From: Sedimentisphaerales bacterium
GTDB lineage: Bacteria; Planctomycetota; Phycisphaerae; Sedimentisphaerales; Anaerobacaceae
Length of the DNA stretch: 64,000 bases
Assembly: GCA_963708075.1 (NCBI GenBank)
Contig: OY970194.1
Span: 288,001 to 352,000, forward strand
Direction of reading: 5' to 3'
Position 1 is the stretch's first letter, and every line of letters starts with the position of its first letter. The notes beneath the pieces were generated by a model. It ran no database searches and had not been told where the DNA came from. It was given only the letters and a program-made list of their open reading frames with translations. Positions 10,379 to 21,375 of the stretch are shown here, piece by piece. The translations under genes were made by a program, and so were the position numbers.

Positions 10379-11401
10379 ATGGTCATGAACGAGAAAGAGG
10401 TGGAGGCCCAGTGCCGCGAGTTTCGCGAGATGTTCGAGGCGCTGCGCCGAGAGATCGGCAAGGTGATCGTGGGCCACCAGGAGATCGTGGACAACGTCCT
10501 GATCAGCCTGTTCAGCGGCGGGCACGTGCTGCTGGAGGGCGTCCCCGGGCTGGGCAAGACGCTGCTGGTGCGGACGCTCAGCTCGGCGTTCTCGCTGGAG
10601 TTCCGGCGGATTCAGTTCACGCCGGACCTGATGCCCGCCGACATCATGGGCACGAACATCGTCATGGAGGACCCAGCCACCGGCCGGCGCGAATTCCAGT
10701 TCCAAAAGGGCCCGATCTTCGGACAGATGATCCTGGCCGACGAGATCAACCGCGCCACGCCCAAAACCCAGTCCGCCATGCTCGAAGCGATGCAGGAGCA
10801 CTCGGTCACCAGCGGCGGGCAGGTCCGCAAGCTCCAAGAGCCGTTCATGGTCCTCGCGACGCAGAACCCGATCGAGCAGGAAGGGACGTATCCGCTGCCT
10901 GAGGCCCAGTTGGACCGGTTCCTCTTCAAGCTCCTGGTGAGCTACAGCAACCGCGAGCAGCTCAAGGCGATCCTGGACCGCACGACGACGGGACAGGAGC
11001 CGCAGGCCCAATCCGTGGCTGATGCCGAGAAGATCCTGTGGGCTCAGAGACTTGTGAGACGCGTTGTTGTAGCCGAGCACGTGCAGGACTACGCGATCCG
11101 CCTGGTTCTGGCGACCCATCCGGGGGGTGAATTCGCGACGGAGATGACGAACCGCTTCGTGCGTTTCGGCTCGTCGCCTCGCGGCGTGCAGGCCCTGGTG
11201 CTGGCCGCCAAAGTCCGTGCGCTGCTCGACGAGCGATACCACGTCAGCTTCGACGACATCACCCAGTCGGTCCTGCCCGGTCTGCGGCATCGGCTGCTGC
11301 TGAACTTCGAAGGGCAGGCCGAGGGCATGAGCGCGGATGATGTGCTGAACGACGTGATTAAGAATGTCTCGAGGACAGCGGAGCAGAAAGCGAAGGCGTG
11401 A
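10379..11401 (+). CDS. moxR: MoxR family AAA+ ATPase
   Basis: LLEGVPGLGKT, RIQFTPDLMPADI, LADEINRATPKTQSAMLEAMQE, ATQNPIEQEGTYPLPEAQLDRF; start chosen from AGGAG spacing. Confidence 0.95.
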   Translation: MVMNEKEVEAQCREFREMFEALRREIGKVIVGHQEIVDNVLISLFSGGHVLLEGVPGLGKTLLVRTLSSAFSLEFRRIQFTPDLMPADIMGTNIVMEDPATGRREFQFQKGPIFGQMILADEINRATPKTQSAMLEAMQEHSVTSGGQVRKLQEPFMVLATQNPIEQEGTYPLPEAQLDRFLFKLLVSYSNREQLKAILDRTTTGQEPQAQSVADAEKILWAQRLVRRVVVAEHVQDYAIRLVLATHPGGEFATEMTNRFVRFGSSPRGVQALVLAAKVRALLDERYHVSFDDITQSVLPGLRHRLLLNFEGQAEGMSADDVLNDVIKNVSRTAEQKAKA

Positions 11402-11466
11402 GGATGGCATTCGCCCGATGGGACATATAGGACCAATAGGACCTATGTTGCGTGGCGAGAGATAAG

Positions 11467-12378
11467 ATGGCAACGAAATCGACAACCTCAATGCGAAAGC
11501 TGACCGAGCTTCTTGACCCTAAGTTCATGGCCCGGCTGGATGGGCTGGATGTGATCAGCCGCAAGATTCTGCTGGGTAAGCTCCAGGGCGAGCGCCGGTC
11601 GAAGCGCCGCGGCCAAAGCGTCGAATTCGCCGACCATCGGCCTTATGTCGTCGGCGACGATCTGCGATTTGTGGACTGGAACGTCTACGGCCGGCTCAAC
11701 CAGCTCTTCCTCAAGCTGTTTCTGGAGGAGCAGGACCTGACCGTGCACATCCTCGCCGATGCGAGCGCGTCGATGAGCGTGGGCGACCCCTCGAAGGACC
11801 TGTTCACGAAGCGACTGACGGCGGCGCTCGGCTACATCGGTCTGGTGAACAACAACCGCGTGACAATCAGCCTGTTCGCCGACGGCGTGCGGATGCAACT
11901 GGCGAACATGCGGGGACGCAACTACCTGTCGCAGATGGCCGAGCTACTCCTGACGACCGAGTGCGACGGCTTCTCCGATTTCGAGAAGGCCTGTCGCGAC
12001 GTGGCGTCCGGCCGGATCGGATCGGGCATCACGGTCGTGATCTCGGACTTTCTGTTCAAGCAGGGCTACGAGGCGGCTCTGCGGCGGCTCCTTGGAGCCC
12101 GGTACGACCTCTACGTGATTCAGGTCCTGTCGCCGCAGGAGATTTCGCCGGAGCTGGCAGGGGACTTGAAGCTGCTCGACGTTGAGGACGCCGATGCGGC
12201 GGAGATCACCGTAAGCTCGGCGCTGATCAAGTACTACAAGCGGAATCTGGCGGCCTACTGCAAAGAGCTGCACGACTTCTGCACGCATCGCGGGGCGGTG
12301 TACGTGCAGGCGAACTCCGCCGATTCCGTCGAGGCGCTGGTCTTGAATTACCTGCGGCGGATTCAACTGCTGCGTTGA
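11467..12378 (+). CDS. DUF58 domain protein (MoxR-associated, VWA-like)
   Basis: GERRSKRRGQSVEFADHRPYVVGDDLRFVDWNVYGR, DASASM, VISDF. Confidence 0.92.
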   Translation: MATKSTTSMRKLTELLDPKFMARLDGLDVISRKILLGKLQGERRSKRRGQSVEFADHRPYVVGDDLRFVDWNVYGRLNQLFLKLFLEEQDLTVHILADASASMSVGDPSKDLFTKRLTAALGYIGLVNNNRVTISLFADGVRMQLANMRGRNYLSQMAELLLTTECDGFSDFEKACRDVASGRIGSGITVVISDFLFKQGYEAALRRLLGARYDLYVIQVLSPQEISPELAGDLKLLDVEDADAAEITVSSALIKYYKRNLAAYCKELHDFCTHRGAVYVQANSADSVEALVLNYLRRIQLLR

Positions 12379-12396
12379 TGTGAGGACGCCAACAGC

Positions 12397-14363
12397 ATGG
12401 AATGGTTGACACCATTGATCGGGATATACGCGGCTGCCGTGGCGGTGCCGCTGCTGCTGTTGCTCTACTTCCTCAAACTCAAGAGGCAGGAGACCATCGT
12501 ATCGAGCACACTGCTGTGGAAGCGGGCGGTGCAGGATCTCCAAGTCAACGCCCCGTTCCAGAAGCTGCGCCGCAATCTTCTGCTGCTGCTTCAACTGCTG
12601 GCGTTGCTGGCTATTCTGTTGGCGTTGGCGGGCCCGGTGGTGGCCTGGAAAGGGGGGCCGGGCAAGCGGTACGTGCTATTGATCGACCGTTCCGGCAGTA
12701 TGAACGCCACGGATGTTGAGCCGACCCGGCTGGAATCAGCGAAGAGGCAGGCGAAGACCTTCGTGGAGTCGATGCGGGGCGGCTCGCTGGTGTCCCTGGA
12801 GGACAAATCCGACAACGCGATGGTCATTGCCTTCGATCGGCACGCCAAAGTGATGTGCAGCTTCACGTCGGACAAGCGTCAGCTCATGCTGGCCATCGAC
12901 GCGATCGAGTCAGGCGACGGCGTATCCCAGCTCGGCGAGGCGATCACGGTGGCCCGCGCGTTCGCGCAGTCGCCCGGCGTGGAGGGCAACAACCGCACGG
13001 CAGAGGATCCCGCGCAACTCGTTTTGTTCAGCGACGGGCGGATCAGCGACCTTGAGACGATTGTCGTTGCGGCCGATGAGCTGGTTTTCCATCAGATCGG
13101 ACAATCGCCGGACAACGTCGCGATCACGGCCATGAATGCCCGCAGATCATACGAGCGGCCGGAGCAGGTCGAGGTCTTTGCCTCTCTCGAGAACTACGGC
13201 AGCGAGCCGGTCGAGCGGGATGTGCAGCTCGGCATCAGCGGCAACGTTCACGCCGTGCGGACCGTCCGAATACCCGCCCGCGAAACGACGGAAGCCGGCA
13301 AGCCGGCCAAGCCCGGCAAGGTGGCCGTCGATTTCTCCCTGTCCTTCGGGGCAGCGGGCGTCCTGGAGGTGCGCCAATTGGGCACCGATGCCTTATCTTG
13401 CGACAATGCCGCCTGGAGTGTTCTGGAGCCGCCCAAACGGCTGTCGGTCCTGCTGGTCACAACCGGCAATCCCGTGCTGGAGCTGGCGCTGCGGGCCTGC
13501 CCGATTGCGAAGCTCGACCCGTGCACGCCGGCGGGCTTCGATGCGATGGACCCAACCAATTTTGCCGAGCGCCGGGCATACGATGTGATTGTGCTGGATA
13601 ACCATATCCCGGCCAATCTGCCCCAGTGCCGCTACCTCGTCTTCGGGCGCCGCCGAGGGGTGTGGACGTCAACTCCCCGCGAGAGCTTGAGAATCAGGTC
13701 GTTGCCGACTGGCGATCTCAGCACCCCGTGCTGCAGTACGTGAATCTGACGAACCTCTTCGCGGCCAGAAGTCACGAGCTGCGATTGCCCCGCGATGCCG
13801 AGGTGCTTGCGGAGTTCGGCGAGTCGCCGGCGATGGCCCTCGTGCGGCGCAAGGGCAGCGTCTACCTGCTGACTGCTTTCGACGTTCTGCAGAGCAACTG
13901 GGCGTTCGAGCCGAGCTTCGTCCTGTTCTGTTACAACGCCCTGGGGTACCTGGGCGCGCAGGCCGGGGGCGGCGAGAGTCACGGGCTCAAGGTCGGCGAG
14001 CCCATCGCGATGGAGAACGTGCCGGTTGCGGCGACAGTGACAGTCACCCGGCCGGATGCCTCCAAGGCCGAGTTGAATCCCGACCCGAGCGGGGCAGTTC
14101 GTTTCCCGGGTACAGGGCGCGTCGGCGTTTACGGGGTCGAAGTCCCGGAGCAACCAAAGCAGTTCTACGCAGTCAACCTGCTGGACGGCGAGGAAAGCCG
14201 GATCGAGCCTCAGAAGGAGATCAGTTTCTCCAGTGTGACTGTCGCGGCCAAGGAAGGGGCCGTCCAGCGGGCGAACGTGCCGCTATGGCCGGTGCTGGTG
14301 TTCGCGGCGCTGCTGCTTGCCTGCATCGAGTGGCTGGCGTATAATCTGCGCGTTCGGATATAG
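12397..14363 (+). CDS. BatA-type N-terminal double-TM plus VWA domain protein, about 655 aa with one frameshift (~13646)
   Basis: VPLLLLLYFLKLKR..SSTLLW..LLLLQL; DRSGSM MIDAS; SDG; ORFs 12397-13743 and 13626-14363 join as ...YLVFGAPPRGVD...; C-terminal LWP..LLLACIEW. Confidence 0.85.
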
Positions 14364-14411
14364 GTTTGACGGGACCTTTGTGTGCACACGAATCAAGGCG
14401 GAGAATCTCAG

Positions 14412-16577
14412 ATGTTGAGAATCCTGATTGTTTTTCTGCTTGCGCTGGTGTTGGCCCCGTGTATTCGCGCGGCCGGCGACATCGAATTCAACGTCGATCT
14501 GTTCTGTGGCTGGGATGAGTACTATCGGCCCATGGAATGGACACCGGCCGAGGTCGGCATCACCACGAATATGACAGAGCCCTTCGAGGGCGTCTTCACG
14601 CTCTCGGCCCAGCAGGACGGCCTCAACACGCTGAACATCGTGCACCCCATCGTGCTGACGCCGAACCAGCGGCTGGACCTGCCTCTGGCCACGAAATTCG
14701 ACTTCCACATCGGCAAGTGCGTGCTGAACATCCGGGACAAGCGAGGCCGGACACGGTGGGAACAGACGATCGACATGTGGGACTTCTCCGCGGCGAACCG
14801 GCTGCTCAAGGTCGTCCAGGACCAGGACCTGCTCATCGGCCTGATGGGCCAGCCGCAGTTCGGTCTGCTGCGTCTGAAGGACGAAACCGCCTGCACGTCC
14901 CCTCGCGGAACCGGGGCCGTGTGCGTAGGCACCAAGGTGCCGCGAATGATGCCCTGGGACTGGACAGGATTTGTGAGCCTGGACCTGCTGATCCTGTTCG
15001 ATCCCGACTGGACGCAACTGCGATCTCAGCAGGTGAAGGCGATATGCGACTGGGTTTCCAATGGCGGCACGCTGCTGCTGATCCTGGGTCAGCATCCCTT
15101 GCCGCAGGATAGCCCGCTGGCGGACCTGCTTCCTTTCCGGATCGGTGACCTGCGCAAGTGCGAGATCCCCTCCGATGTCCTGACAGAATGGGGTCTGGAT
15201 GCCGGCGGGCCGGCGGCCGTGCCCGCCTGGTCGCTCTCCGCAAAACCCGAGGCATTGCTCTGGAAGAAAGTTCCAGCGCCGGACGCGGGATACTTGTACG
15301 GGGCCGGCTACGCAGGTTTCGGACGGGTGGCCGTCCTGGGATTCGAGCCATCCAGCCTGGGTGCGGAACAGACGCGGTATACGGCCGAATTCTGGACGAG
15401 GCAGATTGCCGCCTGCCTGGATGTGCAACCGAGTGCATCACCAGTTCCGCCGTCTCCCTATGGGGGTCAGGCCGGGGCCGCAGGCAGGCGGATGATCGTG
15501 CTGAAGGAGCAGGCGCCCACCGACGCCGATCAGCAGCGTATGAATGAGAACCGCCTTCGCATCGGCATTGCCCAGGACGCCAGTAACCGCGTCATGGAGT
15601 ATTTGTACCAGCTCAAGCAGATGCGGCCGGTGAGTATCTGGTGGGTCATCCTCACGCTCTCGGCGCTGGCCGTCCTGCTTGGTCCCGTGGATTACCTCGT
15701 GCTCAAAAAGCTGGACAAGCTGCCCTACACCTGGCTCACGAGCACGGGCTGGATCCTGATCTTCACCATCGGCGCCTACTACGGCGTCCAGTATCTTCGA
15801 GGCGGCACGATGCAACTGCGGGCGATCTCCGTGCTCGATGGCGTTGCGGACAGCAACTGCATCTGGGCCACCTACTATACGGGCCTGTTCGCTCCTCGCA
15901 GCGACGATTACCAGCTCGACGGCCTCAAGCCGACCCAGTGGTGGGCAGGCGTATCGCCGACCCGGGAGGAAATCTGGGGCTACCAGCGTGAGTCGGCGAT
16001 GCGGCAGATCTACTGTGTCCAGCAAGACGGAGCGAACTTGCCCGTCTCGTTGCCGATCAACATCTGGACGGTGCAGTCGTTGCTCGGCGAGTCGCCGCTG
16101 GACCAGATGCCTTTTGGCGTGAAGGTGCAGCGCGAGGAAGCCGCGGCCACCGTGGAAATCGCTAATTTGTCGGACAACCGGATCGTGAACGGTTTCGTCC
16201 TTTGGGCGGATCGCTATGCCGACCTGGGCCCGGTCTCCGCACGCTCGACACAAACGTTCGATGTGTCGACGCATCCTTTCAATGCCTGGGGCGACGCGAC
16301 ACGGCCCGACGGCCGACCCACGCGCGTTTCTGGAACGTTGGTGGGCATCAGCGCGCCCCGGTATCCCGGCACACTCGGCGAGCAGGCACAGAATGCCTTT
16401 CTGGCCCAGGGCAGTCTCAACCGCACGCTCGTCATGCATGACTGCCTGGAGCACGGTGCCGCCATCGTCTGCGTCATGTTCGACAACGCACCGCCTCCGT
16501 TCGCCGTCAAGAATCGGTCCTATGACATCAACCATATTCAATATGCCAGGCAGCTTGTTCTGAATCGTCGCCAGTGA
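14412..16577 (+). CDS. Conserved hypothetical secreted/membrane protein with a GATase-like domain
   Basis: Signal peptide; LDLLILFD..AICDWVSNGGTLLL; GFGRVAVLGF; TM pair with GPVDYLVLKK..TW. Confidence 0.7.
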   Translation: MLRILIVFLLALVLAPCIRAAGDIEFNVDLFCGWDEYYRPMEWTPAEVGITTNMTEPFEGVFTLSAQQDGLNTLNIVHPIVLTPNQRLDLPLATKFDFHIGKCVLNIRDKRGRTRWEQTIDMWDFSAANRLLKVVQDQDLLIGLMGQPQFGLLRLKDETACTSPRGTGAVCVGTKVPRMMPWDWTGFVSLDLLILFDPDWTQLRSQQVKAICDWVSNGGTLLLILGQHPLPQDSPLADLLPFRIGDLRKCEIPSDVLTEWGLDAGGPAAVPAWSLSAKPEALLWKKVPAPDAGYLYGAGYAGFGRVAVLGFEPSSLGAEQTRYTAEFWTRQIAACLDVQPSASPVPPSPYGGQAGAAGRRMIVLKEQAPTDADQQRMNENRLRIGIAQDASNRVMEYLYQLKQMRPVSIWWVILTLSALAVLLGPVDYLVLKKLDKLPYTWLTSTGWILIFTIGAYYGVQYLRGGTMQLRAISVLDGVADSNCIWATYYTGLFAPRSDDYQLDGLKPTQWWAGVSPTREEIWGYQRESAMRQIYCVQQDGANLPVSLPINIWTVQSLLGESPLDQMPFGVKVQREEAAATVEIANLSDNRIVNGFVLWADRYADLGPVSARSTQTFDVSTHPFNAWGDATRPDGRPTRVSGTLVGISAPRYPGTLGEQAQNAFLAQGSLNRTLVMHDCLEHGAAIVCVMFDNAPPPFAVKNRSYDINHIQYARQLVLNRRQ

Positions 16578-16598
16578 TGCGATACGAGGGTAACGTCC

Positions 16599-17525
16599 AT
16601 GATTGAGACCAGGAAACTGAGCAAGAATTTCGGCGATCTGGTGGCTGTGGATAACCTGGACCTGCACATCGATCCGGGGGACATCTTCGGCTTCATCGGC
16701 CCCAATGGCGCCGGCAAGACCACCACCATGCGGATTCTCGTGACGCTGCTGGAGCCGGCGAGCGGCGCGGCGTTCATCGACGGACTGGATGTCACGAAGC
16801 AGGGTAAAGACGTTCGCCGCCGGGTGGGCTACATGCCCGATTTCATGGGCGTGTACGACGACCTCAAGGTGTTCGAGTACCTCGAGTTCTTCGCGGCCGC
16901 CTTCGGCATCGAGTATCGCAAACGCGAATCCATCGTCGATGGCGTCCTGGAGCTGACCGACCTCGTATCGAAGCGAGCCGCGCCCGTGGACAGTCTCTCC
17001 CGAGGCATGCAGCAGCGCCTTGGATTGGCGCGGGTGCTGATCCACGATCCCAAAGTCCTGATCCTCGATGAGCCGGCCAGCGGGCTCGACCCCCGGGCTC
17101 GCATCGAGATCCGCGAGCTGCTCCGCGAGCTCAAGCGGATGGGCAAGACGATCATGATCTCCAGCCATATTCTCAGCGAGTTGGAGGAGATTTGCGACCG
17201 CATCGGGATCATCGAGCGAGGCCAGTTCGTGTTCAGCGGGTCCCTGGAAGAGATTCGGCCGCGACTGGGCATCCAGAGCAAAATGCGCGTCAAGGTCATC
17301 GGCGATCAGACGAGGGCGATGGAGCTGCTGACGGTTCTGCCCCAGATTCAGCAGGTGGAAGTGGTCGGCGACTACCTCTCGGTGACGTTCCGCGAGGGCG
17401 CAGAGAGCGACGGGCTCATTGCACGCACGCTGGTCAATGGCGGCCTGGACCTGGTCTACCTGCAGCCCGAACAGCTCAAACTCGACGAGGCCTTCCTCAA
17501 GCTCACCAAGGGAATCGTGCACTGA
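16599..17525 (+). CDS. ABC-2 type transporter ATP-binding protein
   Basis: GPNGAGKTT, LSRGMQQR, ILDEPASGLDP, ISSHIL. Confidence 0.95.
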   Translation: MIETRKLSKNFGDLVAVDNLDLHIDPGDIFGFIGPNGAGKTTTMRILVTLLEPASGAAFIDGLDVTKQGKDVRRRVGYMPDFMGVYDDLKVFEYLEFFAAAFGIEYRKRESIVDGVLELTDLVSKRAAPVDSLSRGMQQRLGLARVLIHDPKVLILDEPASGLDPRARIEIRELLRELKRMGKTIMISSHILSELEEICDRIGIIERGQFVFSGSLEEIRPRLGIQSKMRVKVIGDQTRAMELLTVLPQIQQVEVVGDYLSVTFREGAESDGLIARTLVNGGLDLVYLQPEQLKLDEAFLKLTKGIVH

Positions 17526-17586
17526 GACTTCTGACACGCTCGGCGTGACGCCCTGCGGCGTCTGATCCAACGCGGACATCGAAACT

Positions 17587-17847
17587 ATGCAAGCGATGCC
17601 GACAATCAGCCTGGTGCACTTCGGCCTGCGGCAGTTGATCGGGCCCTTGTCCGATAGGGAACTGCGCGTCGCCAGTCGAAGGGTCCGCAGTTATGCGTTG
17701 CGCACCGGCTACATCGTCCTGCTGTGTATCCTCATGCTGTCGGCCTGGTATCAAATTGTCGGTCGGCCGAACGCGGGTGCGGCGTTCGGAGTCTCCCGGG
17801 CCACTGAGGTGAGCACGCAGGTGGCGGGCAGTACGTCTTTTGAATGA
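17587..17847 (+). pseudogene. Internally deleted copy of the ABC-2 permease paralog
   Basis: N-terminal GPLSDRELRVASRRVRSYALR shared with the four downstream paralogs; only 86 codons; ends in TACGTCTTTTGA, resembling the paralog 3' ends (GATGTCTTTTGA, AATGTCTTTTGA). Confidence 0.7.
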
Positions 17848-19556
17848 TCGATCAGAGGGTTATGACGGCAGCGGCGACATATCTCGGACTCCTGGTTCAG
17901 CTCCTCCAGCGGCTTGCCGGCCCAATCTTCGATAAGGAGTTGCGGGTCGCCAGTCGCCGGGTCAGGTACTACCTGCTGCGCGCCGGCTACGCCGCGGCAT
18001 TGATGTTCCTGATCATGGTGACGTGGAGTTCCACCGTGCGGACCGGCCCGGCGGTGGTCCTTGCCTCGCGGATGCCCGAGGTGGCCAAGACCGTGACGAC
18101 GGCTGTCACGTGGCTTCAGTTCCTCGCGGCCCAGGGGCTCGCGATGATTCTGCTCAGTTCCGCCATCGGCGAGGAAATCCGCAAGGGTACGCTGAGTGCG
18201 CTGCTGACGACGCCAGTGACCAGCTTTCAGATCGTCATCGGCAAGCTGCTCAGCCGGATGCTGCAGGTGTTGGTGCTGCTGGCGATGAGCCTGCCGGCAT
18301 TGGCCATCCTGCGGCTGCTTGGCGGTGTGCCCTGGGAGTACGTTCTGGCCGGAGGCTGCATCACGCTGACGACGACCCTCTTTGTGGGCGCCCTGAGCCT
18401 CTGGCTATCGACGTACTACCGCTACGGAAGCCAGGCCATCTCCGCGGCCGTGCTCCTCATCCTTGTTCTCTTCATCCTCCCATCCGCTATGCTGTACTGG
18501 ATGAGTTCGCTGGGGTTGCTGAACACGCGTGTTGGGACGTGGGCAGAGGTGGCGCCTATACTGGACCTGATCAGTCCCTTCCGTGTCTTGTACGGGACTA
18601 CAGAAGATCTGTGGTCGCCCGGCGCTTATGTGGCAGGGGCACGCGCTTCCTGGGTCCGCAACAGCCTGATCATGCTGGGCCTTACTCTGCTGCTGCTGGC
18701 GTGGACCATCCGTCGGGTCCGCAGGGCGGCGGTGATGGCGATGAGCGGTCCGAGGAAATCCGCCGGGGCCATCGTCGGCCTCGCGATCAAACGCCTTCTG
18801 TGGGATACAGGCAAGACGCCACGGCCTGTGGGGCCGATCAAGCACGTCACGGGATCGCCGGTGATGTGGAAGGAGACCCGCCGGGGCTGGCTGTACGGCT
18901 GGAGCCTCAGCGACATCGCGATTTGCTGCATCGCCCTGGCGGCCGTCGTCGTTCCCATTCTTGTCCTCGATCTTGTCGGATCCGAGCCGGCGGCAGGTTT
19001 GGGAACGTTCATCGCCTGGTGCCTATCCGTCTTCCTGGTGATCCGCCTGGCTGTCGAGTGTGCGGGCAACGTGCCACGGGAACGAGAGGCACGGACTTGG
19101 CCTATCCTGCTGATGACATCACTGGAGGACCGGGAGATCGTTTATGGAAAGGCCAAAGCGGCGTTGTTGCGCAACTCGCCTTTCCTGATCACGCCGGCAG
19201 CGATCATTCTCTTCCTCTTTGCCATGTTCCCACGGGCTGAGATCCTGTTCTTTGCAGGCTGGGGCCTGGTGTCGCAGGTGGCGTCGATCCTGCTTGCCAT
19301 TGGAATCGGCTCATACTTCGGTGTTACCGTCAAAACCCGGATGAGCGCGGTGGTGGCGACCGTAGCCCTCTGTCTGACCGTGAAATATGGTATTGGGTGG
19401 ATGTTCATCCCCATGGCCGGGGTGATTGGGATGAGCGTCGGAGGCGGTGTGTGGGCCTTCTTTCTCGGGATGATCGTTCCGTGCGTGATCCATGCCACCA
19501 TCGGCGTGGCGGCCATCCGGGTCGCCGCCCAGCGCGTGAGACACGATGTCTTTTGA
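17844..19556 (+). CDS. ABC-2 type permease with an internally duplicated membrane domain (copy 1)
   Basis: GPIFDKELRVASRR; AIGEEIRKGTLSALLTTP..IVIGKL; second half SPVMWKE..REREARTWPILLMT..IVYGK. Confidence 0.85.
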   Translation: MIDQRVMTAAATYLGLLVQLLQRLAGPIFDKELRVASRRVRYYLLRAGYAAALMFLIMVTWSSTVRTGPAVVLASRMPEVAKTVTTAVTWLQFLAAQGLAMILLSSAIGEEIRKGTLSALLTTPVTSFQIVIGKLLSRMLQVLVLLAMSLPALAILRLLGGVPWEYVLAGGCITLTTTLFVGALSLWLSTYYRYGSQAISAAVLLILVLFILPSAMLYWMSSLGLLNTRVGTWAEVAPILDLISPFRVLYGTTEDLWSPGAYVAGARASWVRNSLIMLGLTLLLLAWTIRRVRRAAVMAMSGPRKSAGAIVGLAIKRLLWDTGKTPRPVGPIKHVTGSPVMWKETRRGWLYGWSLSDIAICCIALAAVVVPILVLDLVGSEPAAGLGTFIAWCLSVFLVIRLAVECAGNVPREREARTWPILLMTSLEDREIVYGKAKAALLRNSPFLITPAAIILFLFAMFPRAEILFFAGWGLVSQVASILLAIGIGSYFGVTVKTRMSAVVATVALCLTVKYGIGWMFIPMAGVIGMSVGGGVWAFFLGMIVPCVIHATIGVAAIRVAAQRVRHDVF

Positions 19557-21375
19557 GCAGAGGATGCTGAGTATGGCGGTGCATCTGACACATTCGTGGA
19601 GGAGCGCCCTCGGGCTCGGCTGGGTGACCAGCCCCGTCTTCGGCAACGACTTGCGGGTCGCCAGCCGGCGAAGGCGGAGCTATGCGCTGCGCTTTGGCTA
19701 CGTGACAATTCTGGGCCTGCTTATCGTCATCATGTGTGGGCAAGTCCTGGGGCGGTACAGGTCGGGGGCCAACGTGCAGGCGCAGATGGCCGAGGCAGGC
19801 AAGTTCATCACGGCGGTCATCGTGTGGTTTCAGTTCCTGGCCCTTCCACTGGTGGCCATAGTCGTGACGAGCACGGCCATCAGCGAGGAGGTCAACAGCC
19901 GAACGCTCGCTGTCCTGATGACGACGCCTCTGAGCAGCCGGCAGCTTGTGAACGGCAAGCTCCTCGGGCGATTGTCGCAGATCCTGTTCCTGGCAGCCAC
20001 GAGCCTGCCCCTGCTGGCCATCGTCCGCATCCTTGGCGGTGTCGCCTGGACCTTCTTGCTGCAGGGCTTGTGCATCACGCTGGCGAGCACGATCTTCGCG
20101 GCGTCCGTCAGCCTGTTCTTCTCTACCTTGTGTCGCAGGGCCTACACGGTGGTCCTGTGGAGCGTCGTAAGCATCGGCTTTCTCTTCGTCGTCGTGCCTT
20201 TTATTGGTTTCGTACTGCTTGGCGGTGATGCCTCAAACAGAGTGGTCGACACGGTCTTTCCTTTCACGCATCCCGGCGCACTGCTGGCTCGCTGCACCGA
20301 ATACATGTTGTCTCCCCGTGGGAGCAGGTTCGTGTCCTTCGCGTGGATGGTCCCATGTCTCCTGTTTCTCTTGTGCAGCGCCTGGGCTTTGCGGTCTTCG
20401 TCGGTCCGGCTGGTGCGCCAGGTGGCCCTGCGGCGGGCAATGGGAGAGCCAACGTTCCTGACCTACCTGCGTCGCACCGGTCCGGGAGTTGAGCCGGTCG
20501 AGAGCGCGCGTGCGAGCAGCACACGTCACATCCGCCGGGTGATCGGTCCGCCCATGATCTGGAAGGAACTCGTTTGCTCGCTCTCGCGCCGCCAGAGATT
20601 GGCGGCGACACTGACGGTCGGGCTGGAGATCATGTTGCTCTTCATTGCGTACACATTCGTCGCCGTTATGGCGGTGATGGGGTATGAGGGTACGCATCTG
20701 CTGTATGTCTCGATATTCCTGGCTCTGGCGGTACTTTTTACCGTCGTCACTTCGGCGACTCTCATCAGCACGGAAAGGGAGGCTCGCACATGGCCGCTGC
20801 TGCTGATGACGCCGTTGCGGGACAGGGACATCCTCGCGGGCAAGTTCGCCGGTGTGGCTCGGCGGTGTGGACCCATCTGGCTGCCTCTGATGGCCTACGT
20901 CGTGCTGTTCACCCTGGCGCACGCCTTCCATCCTCTGGCCATCCCGCAGATCCTCGCGCTGAGTGTCAGCCTTTTCTTCTTTCTGGGCTGCACGGGACTG
21001 TACCTGAGCTCCCGGACCAGGCGGACCACGACGGCCGTTACCGCTCACGTAGTCCTGATCGGTGGTCTCTGGCTGGTCCTGCCGATTGGGGCATTCGTTG
21101 CTGCAAATGTGCTCGATGAGATGGGCCTGATTCAGGTCAATCCCTTCAAGGTCTCGGAGGACGCGTCTCGTTTTGTCCCCTTCATGCAGGGATTTGTGCT
21201 TGTCCGTACGCTGCTCGATGGCGACCCAAGCACTTTTGAATGGGCAGGCTTGCGGGGCGCCTGGGGGTTCCTGTGCATGGTGATGATCGTGGCCGGCAGC
21301 TACGTCCTGGTCGGACTCCTGTTCGTCAGCCGTGCCATGAAGGCGTTCCGACGTACGGCTTTGGATGTGCGTTGA
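19546..21375 (+). CDS. ABC-2 type permease with a duplicated domain (copy 2)
   Basis: PVFGNDLRVASRRRRSY; ISEEVNSRTLAVLMTTP..GKL; PPMIWKE..EREARTWPLLLMTP..GKF. Confidence 0.85.
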   Translation: MSFEQRMLSMAVHLTHSWRSALGLGWVTSPVFGNDLRVASRRRRSYALRFGYVTILGLLIVIMCGQVLGRYRSGANVQAQMAEAGKFITAVIVWFQFLALPLVAIVVTSTAISEEVNSRTLAVLMTTPLSSRQLVNGKLLGRLSQILFLAATSLPLLAIVRILGGVAWTFLLQGLCITLASTIFAASVSLFFSTLCRRAYTVVLWSVVSIGFLFVVVPFIGFVLLGGDASNRVVDTVFPFTHPGALLARCTEYMLSPRGSRFVSFAWMVPCLLFLLCSAWALRSSSVRLVRQVALRRAMGEPTFLTYLRRTGPGVEPVESARASSTRHIRRVIGPPMIWKELVCSLSRRQRLAATLTVGLEIMLLFIAYTFVAVMAVMGYEGTHLLYVSIFLALAVLFTVVTSATLISTEREARTWPLLLMTPLRDRDILAGKFAGVARRCGPIWLPLMAYVVLFTLAHAFHPLAIPQILALSVSLFFFLGCTGLYLSSRTRRTTTAVTAHVVLIGGLWLVLPIGAFVAANVLDEMGLIQVNPFKVSEDASRFVPFMQGFVLVRTLLDGDPSTFEWAGLRGAWGFLCMVMIVAGSYVLVGLLFVSRAMKAFRRTALDVR

